A DNA stretch of 64,000 nt from Saccostrea echinata (Eukaryota). Under the pieces are notes generated by a model. That model was not told the DNA's origin, searched no databases, and worked only from the letters and a program-made list of their open reading frames with translations. Both the position numbers and the translations under genes were made by a program. Each line of letters begins with the position of its first letter. Position 1 is the first letter of the stretch. This document shows positions 25,301 through 38,531 of this stretch, one piece after another. The stretch covers positions 8,804,001-8,868,000 of the forward strand of contig NW_026889779.1 of assembly GCF_033153115.1 (NCBI RefSeq), given 5' to 3'.

Positions 25301-25489
25301 ACAAAAACCGAAAAAAAAAAAGAAAATTTGTCGAACATGACACTTAATCGTATGGAAGAGGATTCATTTGAATTTATCATTTTCAAATATCTTCCATTCA
25401 CGCTCCACGCTAACTAAATAAATTGAAATTTGAAAGAAGGACGCACGATTGTCATTTGAGATTTGTTGACTTCCTCAAAACATGCGTCA

Positions 25490-26182
25490 TTTTCAACTCG
25501 ACTAAGCAATCAGCTATGAGCCATCAGCCGTTGTCTGTCTATTCGTCCCTCTGTCCATCTGTAATCTTAACACTTTTTAATTCCTTCTCTAGAACCACTG
25601 GGTCAATTACAACAAAACTCAAATTAAAGACCACGCCCTCTTAAAGGCTGAGATATTTAAGAAATAGTGAAAATTGATGGCATTTTTTTAAATGTGCTTC
25701 TTAAGAACCACTGGATCAGCAAAGGCAGTGCTTAAATGAAAACTTCATGTGAAAATTCTAAATTGTTCAATCATTGTCCCATAGGGATCGGATGGGACCA
25801 AAATTTTACCTTGGAATATATACAGGAAAAAAAATCTGAGAAAATATTCTCTACAAGAACCACTGGCCAGTGATTAATGAAATTAATATATAGGCATTTT
25901 CAGGGAGTCCAGATTCAATATTGTTCTAACCATGGCTCCAGGGTCGGTTGGGGCCACAATAAGAGATACTAGTACATAATGCAGAGGAAAAACAAGATCA
26001 GCAAGCCATGTCAAGTTTTGTAAAGTCATGAGTACTTGGAGCTAAGGTGAGGTCCCATTGTGGGTTCAAATTTTGCATAAGAATAAATACGATCAAAAAC
26101 TCTTTTAAAAATCTTCTGCAGAAGAACAGCATGCAGGGCCGAAGTTTCTCGGGTGAACGTTGTGGCTCATGAACCTCTTGTT
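25490..26182 (+). mobile_element. degenerate Helentron/HINE-like element
   Basis: (GTCY)n-like microsatellite near start, repeated AGAACCACTGG units, 3' end GTGGCTCATGAACCTCTTGTT. Confidence 0.55.
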
Positions 26183-27000
26183 TTCAAGTCTATGTTCTTC
26201 GTGTATTTTCATGCCCAGAATTACCTGATGTGCAAATGTACCCGGATTGCCCCTAAAATATCACGGTTGCATGCATGTTTCATTCTTTTATAAAAGAATT
26301 ATACAACTTAAAATACATTCATTGTTAAATTCAATAGCTATATCTTGTAAGTGTTTTGTGCTTGTTGTATCTGAAAGTCCTCAATAAGTTTGTCAAATAG
26401 AAAAACGCTGAGTTATAATTACATGTATTTTACAAATTGTATATAATCATAAAGAATTATTCCACGAAAAAAAAATGTAGGTTAGTAGTTCTATATCACG
26501 CCCTCTGTATTCCATATATTCATAATGTAATATCAGTCTTTTTAACAATATTAGCAACTTCGTGGGGTGCCCTATCAATATAATTTTCTGTCGAAGGTGT
26601 CAAAATTTTTATGTACACACAACTGGATTTTCAACTCGAAACACTTTTAAAGAATGCACGTAAAATAAATAATGTCATCAAAATCAAAGACAATTTGACC
26701 CAGGAGAGAGAAAAATATTAATAAGATAAAGTGAAATCTGTCATGCATGGAAATTGTTTTCTAAATGTAAACTGAAACACACCATTTCGTATGAATGAAT
26801 TCTCAATTTAAAGTCTCTAAATAAAAATACTGTCCTTTACACATCAACATAAGGTACATTTATATTTTAAAATACAGAAATTTCTACCAAAAATTCTTAT
26901 CAGAGAAGCCACATATTTATTTATTAAATCATAGTTTTATATGTATGACATCATGGTATTTCATAAGCAATAAAGAATATCTTCAGCTAATGTTTTTTTA

Positions 27001-27367
27001 TTATGCCCCCGGATCGAAAGATCCGGGGGTATATTGTTTTTGTCTTGTCTGTCTGTTCGTCTGCTTATCTGTTTGTCTGTTTGTCTGTCTGTCTGTTATC
27101 AACTTTAACCTTGCCCATAACTTTTGATTGGTTGGACCTATGACTTTCATATTTCACATGTGTATTCCTTGTGACAAGACCTTTCTTTGGGTACCATCAT
27201 ATTTAACCTTTTGACCTTGACCTTGGAGTTTGACCCACTTTTGCAAAATTTTATGAGACTTTAACCTTGGCCATAACTTCTGAACAGTTGTTGCTTGGGG
27301 TTTCAAACTTCACATGTGTATTCTTTCTGACAAGGCCTTCCTCTGGATACCAACAATTTTGACCTTT

Positions 27368-27398
<31 letters not shown>

Positions 27399-27835
27399 GA
27401 AAAACTTTAACCTTGGCCATAACTTTTGAACAGTTGGTGCTTGGGGGTTTCTAACTTCACATGTGTATTCCTTGTGACAAGACCTTCCTCTGGATACCAA
27501 CCACTTTGACCTTTTGACCTTGGCCTAGGAGTTTGACCTACTTTTGAAAAACTTTAACCTTGGCCATAACTTTTGAATGGTTGATGCTAGGGCTTTCATA
27601 CTTCACATATGTAATCCTTGTGACAAGACCAACAACTTTGACCTTGACCTTGATGTTTTACTTACTTTTAAAAAACTTTAACCTTCGCCATAACTTTTGA
27701 ACAGTTGCAGCTAGGGCTTTCAAATTTAAACATTTTTTATCTTTTGGCCTGGATTTTGACTTGCATTTGAGAAACTTTAACCTTCGCCATAAGCTGCCAT
27801 ACGGGGGCATCAGTGTTTTACAAACACATCTTGTT
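27001..27835 (+). mobile_element. complete non-autonomous Helentron (HINE) with internal ~150 bp tandem array
   Basis: subTIR ATGCCCCC / GGGGGCAT, 5' hairpin, (GTCT)n microsatellite, six ACTTTAACCTT.GCCATAA-like unit starts, 3' hairpin GTGTTT-TAC-AAACAC, T-rich flanks. Confidence 0.85.
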
Positions 27836-30800
27836 AAATATGTTGTTTATCCATTCACGTTTGGTAAATTTTCTGAAATAAATAATAATGATAATCCACC
27901 TAGCAGCCTTGGTACTGTTAAATGGGATACCTTTGTCCTACATTAGAATTATTAGTACAGTGAATAAGAATAGAAAAAAAGCAAGGCAGAATAAAACAAA
28001 CTTTTTTCTTCTTTTTTTCCATATCAAAATATTTACCTTCACTTATCAATAGATGAAGACTCACCATCCATTCTCTACTTTTCTACTCAATCTTTAGTCT
28101 TCTTTAACAAGCAACAATTACAATAGCAGGACTACATTTTGTATACCTTAAATAAAGAGTGACAATTCTATCAAATTTTGATACACGAAATATTTAGTGC
28201 TTACAGAGGATAATGTTTATACTAAGATCAAAACTGATACAGTTATACCATATACATGTAACGGGTATTTTTGCGATATTCGATTTTTGATTTCTTAGCG
28301 AACATTTTATTGCATAAAATTATCACCAGTAATTTGACATATGCATTAAAAAAACCACAGGGAGAATCGCAAAAATGGGACTACACAAATTAAAAATAAC
28401 ACTGTGTAGGAATATTTTTGCCCCCAAAAATGTGATAGTTATCACTAGAAAACATATGCATTGAAGAGAAAAAATTAGCATTTGATGAAATGAAAAGATA
28501 AATACCCAATAAGACAATTATTATCACATTTGATTCTATAATGGGAACCCGGCATAGTTAGCAATTTTAACCTGTATATTACTAGTTAGTATTACAACCA
28601 CTCAGGCATCATGCACACTCTTAAATTTTTGATACCTTGTAACAGAATTGGCTTTGCTACTTGCACTGTATGTCAGAGTTCAACTTCAAAATTGGTCAGG
28701 GCTTTTAAGTTTGCAAAGTCACATTCCATATTTAATTATAAAATCGTATATCTATACTTTCTGTTTATAGTGTCACAAATCCTATTAGAAAAAAATGGGT
28801 TGAGTTAAAAATGGATTGCATTTTGTGACAGGAAGTTTTCTCACCAAAAATTAGATAAAAGAAATAAGGATTATGTGATTTTTGATGGTAAAAATATACT
28901 TAGCGATAGTCTTTACACAATCACATCGAATTTTATTACCTCTCCTCTGGACGTAATTAAAGAAATTGTTAATGATGAAATTTTCATCTTATTTATGATC
29001 TAAACCCAAAATTTTCGGTGTAGTAAAAAAGGAATTTTCATAAGCTAAATTTTAAAATTTATACACTGTTAGAAGTTTTAAAATTTTCTGTCTATTAAAA
29101 AGTACACGGAAAGCGCTACATGCAACTATCTGATCTAGGGAAATATGATTAAAGTAGTGAGAGGAAAGACATGTTCTTAAATCTTTACTCGAGTGCATGT
29201 GTTCTCTTCATTATCGTACGATTTCAAAAATTTCCATGTGATTTTTTTATTCTTTTGCCAAACTTTTTGTATTCACAATTTGAAAGAATATGCAATACAC
29301 TTAGTTCTTAAAAGTGCATAATAGAGGACGCATTCATTTTGAAGCATGAATGTTCTTGATCTTGACCAAAGCATATTGATTTTTAAAAGGAAGAATATAA
29401 GATTGGTTATTGGTATATTAAGAAAAGTAATAAAAATGATAGAACAGTTCTACATTCATATGCCATACGATCATAGCAGATATATCAGATTACGCAATCT
29501 GAGCAATTAACGGTGTCCCCGATGTTGATCTATGGAACCTTGAGTTATTAAAAAGTTACAAATATTTTTTTGATTGATATTCAAGAAAGATAACTACATT
29601 TTTTTAAGTCTTTAATTCTTACAGTCAGATTTGTCTAGTGGTGCAGTTCAAGACTATGAATCCTGAACAAAAAATCCTTACAAGATTTTCTTTAACTGAT
29701 TGGTACTAGGAGGTACACAGATGTCGGCGATAAAGGCGCCATATTTCGGTGGTATATTTTTTTAGTGCAATATCGATGGAATCAGAATTGGAATATGGAT
29801 ATATGATTTCCTTATCTTGATTAAATTGCATCAAACCTCGCTTTTGCTGATGTTTTTTAATGATATTAAAATCTCTTGGTCTATTTATTGAACGTGATTT
29901 AGAGGAAAGAGAGAGAAAATAGTCCGAAATGAATTGTATTACCTTTGTCTTTTTAGATCAACATTTTTCATAATTACTAGATACATGGTAATTGAATCAA
30001 TCGTTTGACAGCAAAAGTTTTCTATTAAATCCGGCTCCTTTTTATAAATTGTCAGCTAAAATAAATTTTTGAATTTTATTTTAGAAGTTTCTCTTTATTT
30101 TCAGTGCTAACTATGTTGTATGAAAGAAAATAATACGGAGGATTTTTAATACACTTAACACGTCAAAAACGTCGTGATTCAAATATCCTGTTTTTTTCTG
30201 ATAACTAAATTATCTGAAAAAAAATAACGTGACAATTCTTTATTACTCGTACATGTACTTAACTAGCAGTGTCACGCCTTCAGGAAATTACTTAGTTTAA
30301 CTGATAAAAATTCAAAAGATTTAGGTCAGTTTATATTTAATGAGAGAAATGAAGCTTCGAAAACGAATTTGTCAAAAAAAAAAAAAAAAAAAAAAATTGA
30401 AGTTGAATAGCAAAAATTCAAAAATATTGACGCCAATCAGTTGTTCTGTCTATGCCCTCCATGACCCATACCTTACCGTTTTTCTCTAAAAATTATCGTA
30501 ATTTATAATTAAAAACTATTTTTGTAACAGTTGTCTGAAGTTGTTTTGATATTTCTCAACTTATCAGTTCATAGCACTTATCTAACAATTCCTAGATGCA
30601 CACTCCGATCCACGTGCGATTCTGAAACAATGAACCAGAACGGTCAGGTCTCAATACCCTTAAATTGCAGTCATGCAAATATGAATCTGATTAATGTCGT
30701 TTGATTCCTTCTATATTTTTGGAGTTTTTCAGCCTATTGTGACTCCATCAGTTCATCGGTTCATTAAGTAATGCAAAAACAGTTTTGGTAAATGAATTAC

Positions 30801-31119
30801 CAGAATGTCGTCAATGATTAAGACTGGAAATGACATTAGAATAGACACACACCTATTGGTTTAAATTTTTATCTTGCAATTTGAATCTGAGATTGTTATC
30901 TGTTGACATTTAACAGGAATTTTTATAGCACCTGTCAAAGCTTAAAATAATCTGCTTCAAGATTGCGTCAATGCCTAATCATCATTATCGGAATTGTTTA
31001 AAAAGATAAGATGTAAGCTTATATATATGTTCTTAATACAAACACCATTATTATTTACTTAACTAACAGTCGTTCACATTTTACCATTATTTCCTAATTT
31101 CAATATTGGATTAAAAACA

Positions 31120-31980
31120 AACAAACAAGAGGTCCATGGCTCTAGAAGATTACGTATGTACATGTAACGTACTAGGTTTCAGTCTATGACCACCTTAGAC
31201 CATCATGGAACTGAAACTATGGCATCATGTAAAGATGAGAACTCTATAATCATCACTTTCTTGCAGGTCGTTTCAAAAAAAGAAAAGGAAGTTTAGGAGT
31301 AAAGAAGATAAGGTGCAATATATGATAAATTTTAATACATTGTCCACTACAAAATTTAAAATTTTTCAATTTAAATTTGTATTTGACAATTAATTTTTAG
31401 GTTGAGTTTTCAATGCATGACCATCTAAGACCGTCCTAATACCGTAACCATGAGCCATGAGCCCTTGAATTTTACCATTTTTGATGAGGGCCAAGTGTTA
31501 ATTATAATCATGCAAACATTTTTTTCCTGCTAAATGTCTATGTCTAAATGAAAATTTTGATGAAATGTATGTTCAATAGATCATAAGACGACCACCTTAG
31601 CCCAGCCCTGGGGCCTGAAAGATGGACCCATAGCACATGCATTTTACAATTTTGGTAAAGGGCTTTACTCTTATGCCCTATATTCTTATATACTCTTACT
31701 TTTATGTCAATGAAAAAAAAAAAGATTTTCAAAAATTCAGTATATATTTTCAACATATGACAAACTAAACCCTACCTTGTGCATGAACCAGGTCCCAGGG
31801 GACCATGAATTTCATATTTTGGTAGAAGACTAAGTAAACAATATAATCACGGAATCAGTTTGCCTGCTAAAATTAGTAAAGAATGCATTTTTATATATAC
31901 TTCTTTTTTTCCATTAAGCCCCACACTAGATATGATTAACTAAAGCCCAGCTGTTCTTTAGCAGAAAATGTTGAAAGCCC
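31120..31980 (-). mobile_element. old degenerate HINE-like repeat
   Basis: begins AAACAAGAGGTCCATGGC; repeated ..CATGAATTT.A.A.TTTTGGTAGA-type units. Confidence 0.45.
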
Positions 31981-33134
31981 CCTCCCTCCATTTATTCCGA
32001 TATAAAACCTTGTCCCCACTAAAATCTTTTGGAGAAAAATAGCCTATATGTTCCTATGTAACAGTTACTAGTACCTGGTAATAGACCGCCTCCAAAAGCA
32101 TTAAGTTTTCAAGCATAAAAAAAGTATGTCAAAACATCCAAGGCTTGCCTAGATGCATCACCCATGCAAGTCTGCTCCAGATAGGACTTAGTTCACGGTA
32201 AATGGGCTGTCTCTCAAAAGTTAAAAATGAAATCTACCTGATAAAATTTAACCATATATGACCGTGCATTTCTTGAGAGGAGTTCCCCTACTCACTTCCT
32301 TTGCAAAATTACCGGTATGACCACGAAGTATTGCGGCCCAGTCTTACAAAGTAGACAATTCTTTGATTCAAAACATGAGGATGATTGCATATTAACATTA
32401 TATTCTTTTAATACTAAAAGGTTATTGCTGTCTCTTTGTATCTTTTGACACAGATTTTTATATAAATTTTAAGAGTTGATAAAAATAGTAGGATTTAGCT
32501 TCAGGTGACCTTTGTTTCATTTTTGTTTTTATTTTTGGTAATCCATCAGCTCCGATATTTGATACTTCTGTGAAACGGACCAAAGTTAAATCTAGTAACG
32601 TATGCATTACAAAAACAAGATTTACATGTATATCTACAGGCAAATTGTTTTGGTTAATATTCGGGTCGCTTGATTTAAATACAAATTATTGGTTAACCAT
32701 TTTTAAATATTTTCTTACATTAAAGCTTAACTATATACGTAGACGTCCCTTTCTAAAGTATTTTTAAGATTAAAAACGGATATTCTTCTTGGGTCAGTTA
32801 CAAGTTAAAATTGTCTGCATGAAGTAACAAAATTGCCACTTGTATGAAACTTTCTAAATAAAAAAAAATGCTATGTAAGCTTTTGCAACTTGATTTCAAA
32901 TATGTATCGTCGGTTATTTTTATCATTATTATCATTAAGGTACTTAAGCATGCATATTCTGCACATTAGAATTTATCAGAACAAGTGTTGCTTTCATTAT
33001 TCTCTATGTTGGTTCTTGTTGTACTGAGAGTATTGTATCAAAATGCAGCAGGGAATCAACATAGTAAATAAACATTTCTTATAACAACAATATACGTATA
33101 TCAGAACGAAGAATCTTTGTACATGTACGTAGTT

Positions 33135-33680
33135 TTATTATACCCCCCACTTGAATAGCGGGGGTATATAGTGAAGGAGGTGTACTTCGTTCCGCCCGTA
33201 CGTCCATAACACTTGGGGGTACCCATCTCTTATCTATTACTCCTCCTATACTACTGATATTAAATTCTTAATGCTAAAACATGTCGTAAATTACAGTTAC
33301 AAGTTTACCTCATTTTAAAGCAGCATTATAACATGTATTACAGCTTTGTTACTATCTTTTTTCAATCATTTTTTCAATGAAATAATGAGTATCGACGCTA
33401 AAGTCAAACCATTTCTCTCTGTCTGGGATTCCATAAATATACAGAATTCTATTACATATTATATTCTTCACAGACTTTTCGAATATTGTTCGTCTCTTGA
33501 TCGTACATTTTAAGAGTACAGGAAACAAAAAAAGTCGGCGAGCAGATTTCTTTACGAAGATAAAAGAAAACGAAGACGCGACAGCCATGATAAACTATCG
33601 TAGAAGATTGTTCGTTAGTGCGTTTTCTATAAAGGGGTAACTGACTGGGATTCTGAGAAGCGGGGAATACTCCATGGAAT
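33135..33680 (+). mobile_element. probable HINE-like element (5' end clearest)
   Basis: TTATACCCCCCAC...GCGGGGGTATA hairpin followed by CCGT-type microsatellite. Confidence 0.4.
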
Positions 33681-34742
33681 TCGGAGTAAGAATGTAAGAT
33701 ACTTTGTGTTATTAAATATTATACTAGGGTAAAAAATTATCTGAAGAAAGTGCCTCGGATGGAGGTAAAAGTAAATTAACAAAAATTTCTAAGTTGAATA
33801 ATGTAACATTGTCAGTAAATGTGTTCACAAATTTAAGGGCAAAGTATGTGGTTTTAAAAACTATTCAGCAATCCATGTAAAAACCTCTTCAAAGAAACGT
33901 AACTCCCATTCATCGAACCAAATACGACATTTTTACGTGGGAATTCAATAAATAAGGCAGATAAGAATAACACAAAAAGCAGCCGAGGAACCGATCTGTG
34001 AGCATTTTTCTTCAGATTCATTTTCTTTTGTCAAAATCCTATGAACTGCCCCGGATAAAAATTTATCCTATAATATCTATCATTCTTCAGACATCTTGTT
34101 CCTCAAAACATCTCCATTTTTTTCTATGTCACTACACATCTCGATTGATCATGATGACTGCCATTTTTAAACACTACCTTTTCTACTTCTGAATTTCTGC
34201 ATCCATCTGGATACTGTGATACGTGAAATGCAATATTTATTGAATATCCTTCGAATATATCTTCGTTATTAAAAAGAAAGAATCTCGAATTTTTCATTCC
34301 AGTGACATATAATTTGAGTATATCATACAAGGAACGCTCGAGTCGTTAGCATATTTGTATTATCTAAAAGCATATAACGTTTCTACATTTCATATCGATC
34401 AATTATTCAGAGATTATGATTCATGATTACAGGAGTAAAGAACGGAATTTTTTAAGAAATAATATACAATTGCAATATAAGATTTACTAAGCCTCACCCT
34501 GAGGCCTTACCTTTGCGTCACAGGTCTTGAATTTCAAAGTTTTCGTGTAGAAAGTTCATTTATTCATTAATTAACCTTCAGACAGTCTGTCTGTTACACA
34601 TAGATATCAAGGGGTGAAGAAACAAATCTTCCGGTAAGATCATTTTTTATATAGCTAATAAATACGAGCGTTCAATATCGAACGCCCCGTTGTAAGCAAA
34701 AAATGTCGTCTGGTCAACCTTGCAAATTTAAGGCAAATTTAT

Positions 34743-34997
34743 CTGGCACGTAGGAAGCAATTTCAGTTTGGGGGAAGGGGGGGGGGGACAGCCATACATT
34801 TTTCAGTTGATATTTGAGGGGGCACTACCAAAAATTTCCTGACAAGCAAAAAAAAAAAAAAAAAAGGTAATCTGACGTTTTTATTGAGGGGGCACAAGCG
34901 TATAGTATCTATGTTTACTATAGTAATCTATATATCGGCAAAATTATGGGGGGGCACGGCCTCCCCGTGCCCCCTCCCCCCGGTTCCTACGGTCATG
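34743..34997. mobile_element. small MITE with CGTAGGAA.C / GGTTCCTACG termini and G/C runs
   Basis: imperfect inverted termini; similar right end CCCCCGGTTCCTCGGCCATG at 15729-15748. Confidence 0.5.
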
Positions 34998-35740
34998 TTT
35001 ATGATAGGTAGTGGTAGCTAGGTAAGATGTGTCTATTTTCACATAAAAAATGAAATTATTAATTAAAAACTTAGTACGTATTAGTGTCAATAAAACCTCA
35101 ATAAGCAAATCATAACGCTTGGTAGGGCCATTGGAATGATGCGATATTGAACACTTACAGGACAGACGTCAATTTACATACAGATACTGAAAATTTAATT
35201 CTTATTAATTTGGAAATTTAATTGAAATAATTAATATAAACAATGAGAGATGTTTTAGCTATATAATAAAGTTATTGAACTTATATTACGTGAAATATAC
35301 GTGAAATAAATATGCAATTTATAGTCATTTTTACATTAATAAAATATACCGCATATTAAAATATTAAAGATATTAGAATTCTTTATTCGCTGTTGAGGCA
35401 TACAAATAAACAGACTGACTACTCTGTCCCCCTGACAAAAGAATAAAATTATAATGATGCTATGGCAAATAAAAATGATAATTTATGTACAATTAAAAAA
35501 AAATCATTCGATCTCTCATGTAAAAATACATGTATCAATTTCTAGTTAATATGCTTCATTTCTCGAACAACGTGAAAAGATGGTGCATGAGTTTTGTTTT
35601 GTTTTTTAAAATACAAATGTATACTCTTAAATTTCAGCAACAAAATTTTGATTAGAATTATGATTTAATTAAGATTTAGAAAAAAATAATTGCATTATAA
35701 CAAACAATCAAATTTATCATAAAGCTAAATACAAAATCAA

Positions 35741-36430
35741 AACAAGATGTGTTTGTGAAACACTGATTTCCCCGTTTGGCAGTTCATGGCGAGGGTTAAA
35801 GATTCAAACATGCAAGTCAAACTCCCTAGGTCAGGGTAAACAAATCAAAATTGTTGGTAGCCAAGGGAAGGTTTTGTCACAAGGAAAATACATGTGAATT
35901 ATGAAAGCCCTGGCACCAACTATTATGGCCAAGGTTAATTTTTTTCAAAAGTAAGTCAAACTCCAAGGTCAAAGGTTGGTACCATAGGGAAGGACTTGTC
36001 ACAAGGAATACACAAGTGAAATATAAAAGCCCTAGCACCAAGCCAATCTCCTATACAGAGTTGTCGTTCGTTCCTCTCTTTTAGACACCTCTGCAATCGG
36101 CTCGCGTAAAGATTTTTGACATAACGTAAAATACATAACATTTCAAGGGTTATTTCAAATTAAACTAATTGTTTTAGATCTATTTAGTATATATTGATCT
36201 CTAAGGACTATCATTAACGCAGACATATACTTATAATGAATTAAAACAAACGCACTATTTCTCGTGCTTATCACTGTGATATATGCGAGCCAACGACAGA
36301 GGTGAATGTATGAGCCGATGGTAGAGAGTGGCACCAAGCATTCAAAAGTTACGGCAAAGGTTAAAGTTTCTTAAAAATAGGTCAAACTTAAAGTCAAGGT
36401 TAAAATTATCGGTACCCAAGGGAAGTATTG
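35741..36430 (-). mobile_element. partial HINE of the same family as 27001-27835, inverted
   Basis: AACAAGATGTGTTTGTGAAACACTGAT end and GTCAAACTCCAAGGTCAAAGGT units. Confidence 0.8.
36044..36330. mobile_element. MITE nested inside HINE, 9-bp direct repeat GCACCAAGC
   Basis: direct repeat at 36035-36043 and 36331-36339; inverted CACCTCTG..GGCTCGC / GCGAGCC..CAGAGGTG. Confidence 0.7.
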
Positions 36431-37459
36431 GTTGGTTAAAGAACGTGTATCAGGCCATAATTTTCATATCAGATAAATGAAAGGAGTCTAGATTAACGTC
36501 ATTCTTTCAGAAAAAAGGGTAAATTATATGTTCTTACCCTCATAAAATCGAACAAAGGATTTTTACACTGTTTCAAATGAATGCCACGAAAATGCTTTTT
36601 TCTACATAATTCAACTAAGCCGTAAAAGACATGGAAATAATTATGACGTCAAAATGGATCTAGCAGCACAGTGTTAACTCAGTTACTTGATCTTTCCTTA
36701 AATATACTGTGAACAGGGAAACAAGGAATCAAAGTATGAAGCATTCCATGTAAAACCTCTGTCAAAGAAACATAACTCTCATTCCTTGAACCAATACGAT
36801 ATTTATATTTTCGCTTAAACACAAATGCAATGAACCCCCCCCCCCCCCCCTAAATACAAAAAACACGCACAAAATTTTCCTTCCATCGACAGAAATTTTG
36901 TTCAAATGATTGTAATTCAGATGATGGACACTAGAGTTAAATGCAAGTTTGTATTAAATATGAGCATGTAACATTTCTTACCTGTCAACTGGTCAGAGCT
37001 TACGATTGTTTGCAAGAGTATAGAACAGAAAGAAATACATTTGAAGACACGATTTATTTATAGCCCCACACCGAGGCCTTTCCTTTGCACTCTTAACGCA
37101 TTTCAAAATTTTGGTGTAGAAGACTCATAACATTCAAAATTTGCCTGTACCGTATAGATATCTGGGAGTAAAGAATTTTTTTTAAAAATGCAATAATTAT
37201 AACTTTTTTTTTTAAAAAACATTTCTCAGGTCTCACCGAGGAGGACAAAAATTCAAATTTGTTATCTCCCTTTACGTATTGTTCCAGAAAAGAAACCGAG
37301 AGTATTCAAAAAATTACGGAAAACACACACCCCAGAACAATTTACATGGAGTAGCAGTAAGTCACCCGAGTGACTCAGATTACCTTATAAATACTTTATA
37401 TACAGCTTATTACATTATTACGAAAAAAGAACTCCATGATATTCATATTTAAGATATTC

Positions 37460-37465
37460 TTTATT
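37460..37465 (-). terminator. probable polyadenylation signal (AATAAA) of spectraplakin gene
   Basis: TTTATT on + strand ~630 nt downstream of stop codon. Confidence 0.5.
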
Positions 37466-38097
37466 CACTGATATATCATACAAATATACAGACTCACTCC
37501 TCTCTCCCCCTGATTAAAGTGTACTCGCATAATAAGATTATTAATGATGATGACAAATGAAAATGAAAGTTTATGTACAATAAAAAAACATTCAATCTCT
37601 CTTCATATAAAAATATCAATTTTAGTGATTTCTCATGCAACGTTAAAAGCTGGTGTGTGTGATTTCTTTATAGAAAAATATACTCTTAAATTCAGCAACG
37701 AAATTTTGATTAGAATTGTGATTCAAAACAAAGAAATTGCATTTATAACGAGCAGCCCAATTTAAATAAATGCTAAATACAAAAAAATACTAGTAAATCA
37801 AAATTTGCTCTGAAATTTAGATATTTGATCTTCAGATGTACAGCATTGTCATATGGTGTGTATTATAAAGCTTGGTAGAGTTGAATTGGTCCCTTGATAT
37901 GGAATGGAGACAGTGACAATGAATACAAGGTTTACTACGTACCGCGCATTTAAAGGATTGTACAGGTACGTGTAATGACGCTCTATAGTACCATAATATC
38001 TAGACGCTGATTCATTACATAGTATACCTTGACATCTTGCAAATCGAACAACTATATGTAAAAAATAATATCATAAGATCTAATTTTAACTTTCGGA

Positions 38098-38531
38098 TCA
38101 TCTCGGACCCTTTGGTGTTGATGGAAGACGTCTTATTGTATTCGCACTTTGACCATTTTGCATAGTTGGTGTTGTCCGACCTGAAGGCGTGGTTCTTCCG
38201 GAAGGAGTGACTCTTCCGCTAGCGCTATATGTGGGAGTTGTCCTCCCTGATCGAACTGGAGTTGATGTTTTAGGAGTCATGGGTGTTCGTGGAGTGCCCG
38301 TAGATGGCCTTGAAGTAGGAGTGTTTGATCGTGGCACATATGTGGGAGTCGGTTGTGGAGTTTTAGAGCGGGAGTATGGCGAAGGGGATTGTGAAGTCCG
38401 AGGGGAGCTGTAGGAAGAGTTCATGCCCCTAGTAGGTGTAGATGGCGGCAAGCGAGACTTTGATTGGTTGTTCGTTATATTAGAAGATGAATTACTTAAA
38501 CGCTTAGTTCTCTGTAAACTGCCCGTTGAAC
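38098..38531 (-). CDS. spectraplakin terminal coding exon, Ser/Thr/Pro/Arg tail with SRLP and SGRTTP repeats
   Basis: tag acceptor; contains ORF 38098..38451; TGA stop. Confidence 0.88.

Larger units (their letters stand above)
33870..37790. repeat. old tandem segmental duplication (~33870-35740 vs ~36740-37790)
   Basis: colinear similar blocks: 33871/36744, ~34340/~36930, ~34480/~37051, 35371-35735/37448-37785. Confidence 0.8.

Noticed and set aside
27101-27790. Regularly spaced repeats resembling a CRISPR array
   Set aside because: Intervening sequence is itself repeated, there are no cas genes, and the DNA is eukaryotic; it is a HINE tandem array
30600-30700. E-box CACGTG and octamer ATGCAAAT close together
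   Set aside because: Short motifs expected by chance; no linked gene identified
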